From: Craspedostauros australis
Lineage: Eukaryota
Length of the DNA: 39,567 nucleotides
Direction of reading: 5' to 3'
Assembly (NCBI GenBank): GCA_030167865.1
Contig: JALAGF010001218.1
Span: 1 to 39,567 of the forward strand
The translations under genes and the position numbers were made by a program. A model generated the notes under the pieces. It was not told the DNA's origin, ran no database searches, and saw nothing but the letters and a program-made list of their open reading frames with translations. This document shows, piece after piece, positions 23,401-33,199 of this stretch (its first letter is position 1; each line of letters starts with the position of its first letter).

Positions 23401-24255
23401 TCGCCTTGGTGGAGTTTGTCTCAACGATTGGCGTCCTCTGAACGATCGCCTCTCCTGCTGATCAAGCTTGTTAAGCATCGCTTCGATCTCCTCCTTCTCT
23501 TGCTGAGTCTCATGGTGTTCGTCATCCTCATCCTCATCCAAGGTGGAACTTGCCCGCAGACTTCCGCGGTCGATGTCTGATGCTGATCGCTGGCTGGTTG
23601 TCGCAGAATCCATCGCACTTTCATCGGTGAACGACCTGAATGAGACGCCACGTTCAACCAACGAAAAGATGAAATCTTCATCACGGTACTCAGAATCACC
23701 GCTGGATTGCTCTCGGCGCAAGGCTGCCTCCTCTGGGATGGATGGAGCCGCATCAGCAGACTTCAAGATGCTCGTTGACATGTTCGATCTCACGGGAGTC
23801 ATGCTCGCGGAGCCACCCACACTCGCGGCAGCTGTTGCAACGGCTGTTGCAGAAGCAGTAGCTGCGCCACCGTTGCCATTGTCGCTAACTTTCTCCATCG
23901 ATGTGGACACATGGTGGGTTGCGACGCTGTCCGACGCGACATTGGCGTGTCCATCTTCCTCCTCCTTCTGCTCAGAACCCCATCCATCCGCCGCATCCAA
24001 GCGTGGGGAGAGAGCTACTGCTGCCTCCGGCGTGGATCCGTTGCCGTTCAATCCGTCATTCTGCGCGTCTGCTGATGGCGCACGAGCGTCATTTCCGTCG
24101 GTGGAGATGCTAGCGGCGGCGCTGGTGTTCGCGGCAGTATTGTTAGCAGCGTGTCTCCCATCTCCACCATCGTCCATCGCACCATTCTCCTCCTCCTCAA
24201 CCATCTGCGGAGTGGCAATGGTCGCGGCGGCTTCTTCAGTTCCTTCTTGCTCCAT
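20450..24255 (-). CDS. Inward-rectifier potassium channel (Kir/IRK family), about 4 exons
   Basis: Proposed exons 24255-23299, 22865-22572, 22288-21956 and 21763-20450, all with phase-0 GT-AG introns. Features are TM1, pore AYALSWTTFSTV|GYG, TM2 ESFVGILYASFCGAIMFAK, and the Kir cytoplasmic motifs TFSDPIVI, LEFRVVN, WLVRHVLDENSPL and ILVSLSG. Joining of the 5' exons is less certain than the core. Confidence 0.87.
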
Positions 24256-24951
24256 CTCTGGTCGAATCTGCTCAGTTGTATTCGTTATCTACAGATACTA
24301 GTGGGTATGAATGGTTGAGACATCAAGTCGATGGATTACCATACAGTGCTGGTACAAGTCTCACGCCTCCGCGCAGCCGGAGGTGATTGTGCGAATGCGG
24401 AAGCAGCCTTTTCGATCGCACTTGTTTGTGTCCTTCCCTTTCGATTCTTGGTGCGATGAGGGTGGCGACTTGCTTCCGCCCCCACGTTCGAACAACCAAA
24501 TGTGCGTGGTGTGTCGCAATGCCATGAGTCGTCTTTTTGTATCGTGTTTTTGGGTGTCGTGCGGAGTTGTTTTTTCGGGGGCACGAATTCTCACAGTCGA
24601 ATGTGACACAATTGAAGACACTTATGAGACATTTAACCATAAACAAACCATCATATACGAACTGTGGAGCGAAATTTGGGGGCGGAAGTGCTTCGAAATC
24701 CCAAAATTGACCGCTCGCGACCACTTTCGCTGTACGCAACCGCGCAGTCGCCTTTCGTTGTTCTCACCAACAACACCCCAAACCACCAACAGCAACAACA
24801 ACACGCATCAGTTGGCGCCAAACGCACAACCAAGATACTGCACCAAGATACTGCACCAACACACGACAACCAGCCACGAGGGGTCCCAATTACGGCTGAC
24901 ACCGAGACGACAGCGAACACCAACGAGAAGCAATCGCGACAGAACGATACG

Positions 24952-27575
24952 ATGGCACCGCCGTCGTTGCAAGGTGTTACGGCACTGAATGTCTACAAGA
25001 AGGTGGCGATCATCCGACGGTCCACGGACGCCATCAGCTACGAAGATGCCACTGGATCTGTCAAGACCATCAGCGATCTTGGAGAGGCCGCGCTGACTGC
25101 AGCGGTAAGCTCGTTCGTTCGTTGGTTGGCTCCAGGGGGTTGCTGACCATCTCCGTCCCCCTTGTCTGTTTGTCCTTGCTTGTGCGTTGGTTGGTCTTGC
25201 TCCCTTGGCTTGGTCTTGTCGGAGCGGTTCCGAGTCTGCCTGATCGTGCTCCCCCCTTTTGTCCAATCGCGCCCTCACAAAAACGACAGACACAATCACC
25301 AAACGGAGTCGAGAAGACGAGTGCGCGATACTTGGAAAACTTGCGAAACTGGTGGGAGCCTGTTTGTGACTTGTAGCGTGCCAATAGCACACCACGGAAC
25401 GGTATCCTCACATTCTTATCGTGCGCACTCTGCCACACACACAAATACAAACACATACAAGTACGGACACACTCCACTCGATGATGCCAAACATCACAGA
25501 CACCTCTCGCAAAGCCAAAGCCCAAGGACGATATCCCTGTGCCGAAGATCAAGAATGTCGATGCCTACTCGAGAGATGTTCCTGACAACTACGACATCAA
25601 GCTTTCCTACGTTCGACATCACCGCCAAACCAAGCATGACCTCGACACCATCCTCGAGTACGTAGTGGACGAAGAGGATGAGGCGTGGCTCGCACAGAAC
25701 ACCAAGTTTGGTGGCGCCCAGCGACCTGCGGGTACCGCAGCAATCAAGCAATCCAAATCACTTCCAGCGTCTCTCTCAGCACCAATCTCGACAACCACAC
25801 CAACGGTACCAGGGACAGGGACAGGGACAGTGGCACGGACAGGACTGGGCACGACGATAGCGGGAGATGAGTCCAAGAAGTCTGCCCCTTTGATGCCAGG
25901 CTCGCTTCCCACAACGGCAGCATCGGCACCGACGATAACAGGGACGACAGGAACAGCCGCAGCGCCATCGCTATCACTATCATCATCATTAACAGCAACG
26001 GTACAAGCACCTGCACCAAGTGCACCGCAGCTGGCTACTACCAGCGACAGTGCTGCAACAACAACAACAACTACTACAGCAGCACATGCTGAAGCACCGA
26101 AAGCAACTACAGCAACTGCGACGATATCAACGGCAACAGCAGCCGCAACAACACCGTCATCGTCATCAGTTGTCTTATCAGCGAAACCAACAAATGTTGC
26201 AGCTGCCACACTCAAAACGAGGAGCAATGCCAGCGGCACTGCAAGCGCATACAGCCAAGTCGGTGCCGCAACAAACCAACATCGTCATCGTCAGCATCAA
26301 TCAGCAGCACAAGCACAACTACAACCCCCTCCACCACCAACCCGACGGTTACCTATCCGATACTTGGAGATCATGTTCGACACGATGGAAAAGGCAACCG
26401 GCTTTGATGCGATCATCACCTTGGATCAGGCCGACGCTCTCATTTCAAAGCGAATCCCTGACCTGTACCGAATGTACCCGCTCAAAGCCAAGGCGGGCGT
26501 TGTCACTGTCAAGCAAGTCCTCACGGACATCTACAATTACTGGATCCAAAAACGATCCAAGCTCAAACGGCCTCTGCTGCGCCGCTTCTGGCCCATCACG
26601 TCCGCCGATGACACCAACCCGCACCTGGTCTTCCGCCCGCGCGAAAAGGAAAAGTACAAGCTCCGCAAGAAGCGCCAGAATGACATGGATGCCTACCGCA
26701 AACTCAAGCAGCTGCGACAGGATTTTGAGCAGCTGCGACTAATGATGGCCCTCGTCAAGCGCAGGGAGCAGATCCACAGATCGACGGTCGTTCTGTGCAA
26801 GGAGTGGTTCCAACAGTCGCTTTACGATGCCATCGACACGAGCGGTCAGCCTCGCAAATCAACGCGCCTGGAGAAGGACAAGGTGGATGAAGCCATGCAG
26901 GTCAAAACTTATTTTGACGCGGAGGGGTGGCAGAACAGACAGGCCAGCGTCGACGATGCGGAGGATGCACTGGTTGACAATCAGGTTGACTTTGGTGAAG
27001 TTGCCGAAGCGAAGGCGAGCGCCCCAAGCGACGCCAACGGTCCTGCCCCCATGATCATCGCAGGCCAGAATCACGGCGAACCGGCGCCCAACTTCCTGCA
27101 ACCACTTCCAACTCGTCAGTCCTATGTCACGTCCTGGGACGACGCCGTGCCGCACGTACCCACCTACGACAACGCCAGGCCGTTGCCGACCAATCGGTTC
27201 CGACACAGGCCTCGCGTTGGCCGGGGTGGGCGGATTTGTATCGACCGGATGCCTCAGTTCGTGCGAACAGTGGAGGGGGCCGCACCTCCGACAGTGTACA
27301 CGGCGGGTATGGGGTTGATGCGATCGCAAAAGCCAAGGCATCGGCTGTTGGACTTGCTGCCAGAACCGTTGGATCGTCATGCCATCAACCACAAGGTGGA
27401 GCAGATCTGCATGGAAGCCTTGGAGGAAGATTATGCTCGCATTGGAAAGCCGGTGATGATGACGACGGACGGCGACGAGAATGACGGGGATGTCGCGATC
27501 GTCAAGATGGATGACTGGCTCAACACAGACGATCAGATGTGGGGCGAAGAACGATACTCCATCGGTCCACTGTGA
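24952..27575 (+). CDS. EPL1: Enhancer of polycomb-like protein (Epl1/EPC, NuA4 HAT complex subunit), 2 exons
   Basis: Exon 1 is 24952-25104 (GCG|GTAAGC) and exon 2 is 25500-27575 (CACAG|ACA), in frame. Motifs IPVP, EYVVDEEDEAWL, IYNYWIQKR, DTNPHLVFRPRE..RKKRQNDMDAYRKL..LR, LVKRRE and RVGRGGRICIDR. Confidence 0.92.
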
Positions 27576-28283
27576 GAGTCCGACAATACGGCATGCACAT
27601 GTGGAGTATGTATGGTAATCTAGTCAGGCCAACTGCCATCACAAATGCGAGCACGAAGACTCCCTGCGAGCATGTGATCAACTGCATACGGACGCAGACC
27701 TTGAGTGCAATTGGTTTGGACAGCTCAAATCATCACACGTGGATCCAACCTTGCATCCAAACACTATTAGAATACCAAACGAGCTAGAGTATGTACAACC
27801 ATTGGACTGTCGAACTCTTGAACTATTGAACTATTGGTACCATGTGTAGTAGAGTCGAGCATGATGACCATGCTGATACGACAAGACAATTATTCCGTGC
27901 GGTTGTGTCTTAGCCAATCATCGAATCTTGTTGGCATTCCATTCGTGTTTGTGCAATAATTGACTGGGTCAAGCCTGTGCAGTCTTTGTGCGGAGTTCTC
28001 ACCGAAGTGGCGAACTGATTGGTCGCAGTTGGGATCACAAAGCATGGCAAGATGTTTCCACGCACAACATGGGAGGCGCCAAGCATCTCACCACAGGAGC
28101 AGCACAAAGGAACAATCCAAGCAATTGATGGAACAGGCAAGGCGCTGATTGATTCCCAGTCAACCTCCTTTGGTCATTAATCCATCCATCCATCCATCCA
28201 CCCATTAATTGCATGCACGAGAATCTGCGCCACGGATACCATACTCTACGAGGAGTACGAGGACACAGGCGAACTGTCTCAGG

Positions 28284-29360
28284 ATGCCCGTGAAACGAAT
28301 TCGCGGCAAGCCACGATCGTCCCAGTCCTTCGGGCGACGTGGTTGGAAACGGCAGGATGGGAAAGGCCATGGAATCATCGTCGTCAAGCGGCGCTATCGG
28401 AGGTCATACATTCCGCTGTTGCTTCTGGCGTGCATCGCGATCGCATACGGTCTTTTGCAACGCCATCTGGTCGGAACATTCGACATACCGACGATCACGC
28501 AAAGTCCACCGTCGGTGCCACCGAGTGTGACAGCCGAAGAAACGAGCACGGAGAACGTCGGCGGTATCGATGCATCATCGTGGATCACGGATGGCGACGC
28601 CAACGGTGTGAGAGAAATGTTCGTGGACGTCGATGGGTTGTGGAACGCCACCATCAATCGCGACAACGGCGACATTCTGGACGTGTGGTACGCCATGAAC
28701 TGCAGCGAGGGCGGGGAGGAACGCGACAAGCTGGTGCCGACCGCTGAGGACTGGAAGAAGGCGCGCCGCGCGTACGAGCTTGCTGTCGGCAAGGACAAAT
28801 CGACGCTGCCGGACAACCACGAAGAAAATGGCACCGGCGCCCAAGTGAAGTACAGCATCGAGGTCGATCCGATCATGAACCGCGGGGTCTTCGCGCAGGA
28901 GAGGATAACGAACGGCACGCTGGTCTGGAACTATGACTACATCGTTATGATCGAGAATGGTGCACAATTCCGAATCTTCGTGATGAACGTGCCCAGGATG
29001 TACTCGTGCTATATGCTCTATCAGTGGATATTCGCGACGTACGCAACCGAGGACGAGAATGGGGACATGCTCATCAACGTCGAGGTGGACTACTCCGTTT
29101 TCTTCAATCAGGCGTCTCCAGAGACCATCAACGTCGTGAGTTGCAATGGGCACGGCGATGGTTTTTGCCATGGCCGATCCGCGGGTCTCTACGCATCGCG
29201 CGACATTGATGTGGGAGAGCAGTTGCTTATGACGTACGCCCACCAGTACTTTATCAACTGGTACGCGATCGGGATGGCGACCGAAGATACGGCACGGAAG
29301 AAGAAACTCATCAGGAATGCCTTGGGAAAGCCTGTCGACGACGACGAGGCCATGGATTGA
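28284..29360 (+). CDS. SET-domain protein with an N-terminal signal anchor (putative secretory-pathway methyltransferase)
   Basis: Basic N-terminus, TM IPLLLLACIAIAYGLL and a P/S/T stem. SET motifs are NRGVFAQERITNGTLVW, FFNQAS (NHS-equivalent) and LYASRDIDVGEQLLMTY. Confidence 0.82.
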   Translation: MPVKRIRGKPRSSQSFGRRGWKRQDGKGHGIIVVKRRYRRSYIPLLLLACIAIAYGLLQRHLVGTFDIPTITQSPPSVPPSVTAEETSTENVGGIDASSWITDGDANGVREMFVDVDGLWNATINRDNGDILDVWYAMNCSEGGEERDKLVPTAEDWKKARRAYELAVGKDKSTLPDNHEENGTGAQVKYSIEVDPIMNRGVFAQERITNGTLVWNYDYIVMIENGAQFRIFVMNVPRMYSCYMLYQWIFATYATEDENGDMLINVEVDYSVFFNQASPETINVVSCNGHGDGFCHGRSAGLYASRDIDVGEQLLMTYAHQYFINWYAIGMATEDTARKKKLIRNALGKPVDDDEAMD

Positions 29361-30721
29361 GTGTTGGTGTTTTATCTGAGTGTTGGTGTTGGTGGTGCCT
29401 ATTGCACTAAGTTTGTTTGTAGACTGCAACTCTGGATCACGTGCGAACTATCAATCGTCAATCCCGTTTGAAACCATGACGTCACTGAATAGGATGATTG
29501 ATGATGTTGGTGTGAGAGAACACGAAGAACATGACAGAGACACGAACCGTCCAACCAAAACGCCTGCTGGTCCCGGAACATTTAGCCGCCTCCTTTAGTC
29601 GTGAATCGGCTTGTCCAATCTCGTTGGCGTGTTTGCGCGATAAATTCGAGACATTCGTTGAACGAGAGGATGTGTGGAGTTGTCATGTTGATGTGTCGTG
29701 GTACAGGTTTGGGGATGTGGTGACAAAAGGACGTGGACAGACATCAATCAAGGCAACGTCAACGACATCAACAACTTCAACCACACACGATCGTGTGCCA
29801 ACAGGTAGCGAAGAACATGCGATGGAGAGGAGACGGACAAAAAACGAGAACAGAGGAAAAGGAACACGAACTCCGATGATCAGCACATCATTCCATCTCC
29901 CACCACTCTCTCGCTCTCCTGCTCTCCTCCACCGTCCAATCCTTCCCCTTTCGAGAGAGACGTGGCGCTCATAGAAGTAGGTACGAAGACGAGCAGTAGG
30001 AAGGCGCAAGTGCGAGGCCAAGAACAAAAACAAGAACGACAAGACAGATTCACGTGAACACACAAACCAACCATCGGCTCTCTCGCCCTTCAGCTCATCC
30101 ATCCATCCATCATCTGTCGCGTCAGGTTCATTGCGACCTTTCCTTCGCAATCCTCACAATCACCGACACAATCATCATCAACAGAGGCACAATCAGACAC
30201 TGTACTACACTCCAGAGACGCTGCACCCTCTCAACGACCACAGCACACAGAAGACATCATCACATCCACACCCCACGCTCTTGTTGAGCAGCATAGTCGT
30301 CCTCCACTCGACCTTGGATACTGTGTCACGCACATCAACGAGCAAAGCCAACACGAACGCACAAGAAGTTCTTCGTGCGCACGCAATCGCACCCATCTGG
30401 ACTGTTCGCTGACAACCACTCGTGCCACACAAGTACTCGGACGTGCTGGAGAGAAACAGCTCGTGAGTGCAAAGTCGAAGATTCATACATCCTGACCTCC
30501 GCGTCGCCACCAACACCAAAGAGAACAGCCAAAAGGCAGTCTGGCAATCACAACAAAGCTTGTTGCCTGTCTTCAAAGTCCACATCCAAACCGCACAACT
30601 GCAACAGCGACCACAAGTGCTACCGAATTCTCACACAACGCAATACGAGCTCCATACAATACAGTTGCAGTTGCAGTTAAGTATTCCATAATACAAAGGA
30701 CACAGACCGCTGCAGGCAACG

Positions 30722-31702
30722 ATGATGAGCACAGTCCAGCCGACATCAATCATAGATGGACGAGGACGGAATGCGAATCTGCATGCGCATCAGGTCGGTC
30801 AGGTTGCAAACAACGAACATCATCATTGGTCGACATCGGCTGCGGTGTCTACAGCAACAACAACGATGACAAGCGAGACCACTTCGAATGCCGCTGCTGC
30901 AGGACTCGATTCCAACAACAGCGACGACTGGGAGACTCTTTCATCCGCAGAAGAAAAGATCTCGTCGCTGACCGTGGATCAAGACGCTACCTCCGCTGGT
31001 GCAGCGCAGGTTCGCTTTCACGAATCTGGAGCGGAACCCTTGGCGGCTGCCCACGTGAACCAACCGTCGTCGACGCCCGGCGCTGCCGAAGTCGCGGCAA
31101 CCACAAGATCAACGGCCACCAGAACTTCGTTGATGAAGCACTGCCTGTCCACCCCAGATCTGAGACATCTTCACATTCATGAAGAGGTGGACGACGAGGA
31201 CGATGATGACATCGAGGAGACCAAAGGGGGCGAGGACACCGATGATGAGAGTGGAGGCGCGGACTCGTATAGTCTGGTCTCCGGTCCACCCTCCGTCCAT
31301 TCTGCCGCGTCCGCGTCTGCCACCACTGTGGCCACAAAGCCGAAGATGTCATACCGCGACATGATGATCCGCTCTGCCTCCATGCCCATCAAGGATGGGG
31401 CCGCCGCGTCCACGACACCGCCACGAAAAACGGTGCGAAAGTTCAAAGCCAAGTTCGTCGTGACCCCCATCAAGCGATGCGCCAAGAGCACCGGCGATCT
31501 CACGAGGCTGGCGAGGGAATCCGAAGACGACTACGATGACGACGTCCTGGGTGACACCGACGCCCACGAATTCTACTCTCGCAAAGCCCATGGGGCCGCC
31601 GGTCGCCGGAACGGGCTCAAGTCCAGACCTGACGAAGCCAAGCGACTGCAGATGACCATGGCAAAGAAAAGCATGCAGAGACAGAGGCAGCAGAATCGGT
31701 GA
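30722..31702 (+). CDS. Hypothetical, largely disordered protein
   Basis: 326-aa ORF with ATG start and coding-like codon use. It has acidic tracts, short motifs (KHCLSTPDL, RSASMP, RCAKSTGDL) and a basic C-terminal helix. Confidence 0.72.
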   Translation: MMSTVQPTSIIDGRGRNANLHAHQVGQVANNEHHHWSTSAAVSTATTTMTSETTSNAAAAGLDSNNSDDWETLSSAEEKISSLTVDQDATSAGAAQVRFHESGAEPLAAAHVNQPSSTPGAAEVAATTRSTATRTSLMKHCLSTPDLRHLHIHEEVDDEDDDDIEETKGGEDTDDESGGADSYSLVSGPPSVHSAASASATTVATKPKMSYRDMMIRSASMPIKDGAAASTTPPRKTVRKFKAKFVVTPIKRCAKSTGDLTRLARESEDDYDDDVLGDTDAHEFYSRKAHGAAGRRNGLKSRPDEAKRLQMTMAKKSMQRQRQQNR

Positions 31703-33199
31703 TCATGGGCAACGGGATCACAAAACAAACCGCAACAAATCAGGACCGAAGGGACACAAAACGAAAGGAAGGCAAGGTAAAGCAAGACAAGACAAGACAA
31801 AGGAGGGATGACGACATGCTGACAACAACGCATTGCATGCACGGAGTCCAGCAGAGTACCATACCATACCATACCATACACAAATTAATTACATGGAAGA
31901 TACGCAGCCAAAAGCGAGGCAAAGAAAATCAAATGAAGAATGAATCAACGAATGAATGAGTGGATGCATACATTCCATGCATGGGTCCGCAAGCGCAATT
32001 GCGTGACGAAGCATTCATCGCAGCAGCAAGCACACTGGCGCCTGGCTGCACTGACGCACAAGCAACTTCAAAGGCACAAGGCGATGGCAAGAGGGCGCAT
32101 CTCGTACGATACAGAGAGAACCAACAAAGAGAAGAGCAGCACGAATACCCTGCTCCATTACAATACGACATGAAACGATCCGATGCGAGACGGCATCCCA
32201 CAATCCAACACACATACACACATAATGATATCCAGAGGGACCATACACTGTCACTGCTACAAATATCCCCCCTCCCACGAGGGTTTGACCCAACTCAATG
32301 TAACAATAGACGCAAACACATACAAGTACAATACATCCTATAGTATCCTTGAAAGTGGAGATGAACATGGACGTCCTGCCTGCTATCACTGGATGCCAAC
32401 GCAGAGGAGAGCAACAACAAACCTCACAGTGTGAGTTAATGTCGAAGCAAGCTACGACAGCGAGGATAGAACTTTGGAATAGAAACTGCCTTTGTTGTGT
32501 GACGTTGGCGATGATCAAATCCCGGTCGGCCGCTTCCGACACTCACGCGGGCAGGAACTTTGCACGAATCAAATGGTGCGGATGGCGCCATTTTTTTCGA
32601 ATTTGAAACTCCACAGAATTCAAATTGCGAACAACCCATGAGAGTCCCAGATCTCGCACCTGCAAGTCGCACAACCCAACAGCCGATCATTCACATGCAT
32701 CAGCAACAAGTCACACAAACTCAACCTCTTCGCGATTCTGCCTTCGCGCTTGTGATGTGATTGGACACCCACGTACAACTGCAGGTCCAGGAGGGTTTGT
32801 ATACTACATGCAACAAGATACGACACGATACAGCACGATACAAGACGAGGCCTCCATCACATCACGACACGACACCCAACGAAACGAAACGATACAGAAG
32901 AGCATCGACAGCGTGGAGCAACAAACTCCATCCCCAACAGTCTTGCCAAGGCAGGCCATCTTCATAGTAAACGTGGACGACAACAGAAACACCAACAAGA
33001 TCAAAATCATTCCAACGGACATACCAGCACCAACTCCAACAGCAAGAGAGCAAGCGAAAGAGAGATCAACGGGTACATGGTGTCACAAAGCAACCCTCCA
33101 TCGCCCATCAATCTGACATTCTCAATGATGGTTTCAGCAGCACAAGCGCAAGCACCAGCAAGGGCGACCATGAGAACAAAGACGAAGACGAACACTCGT

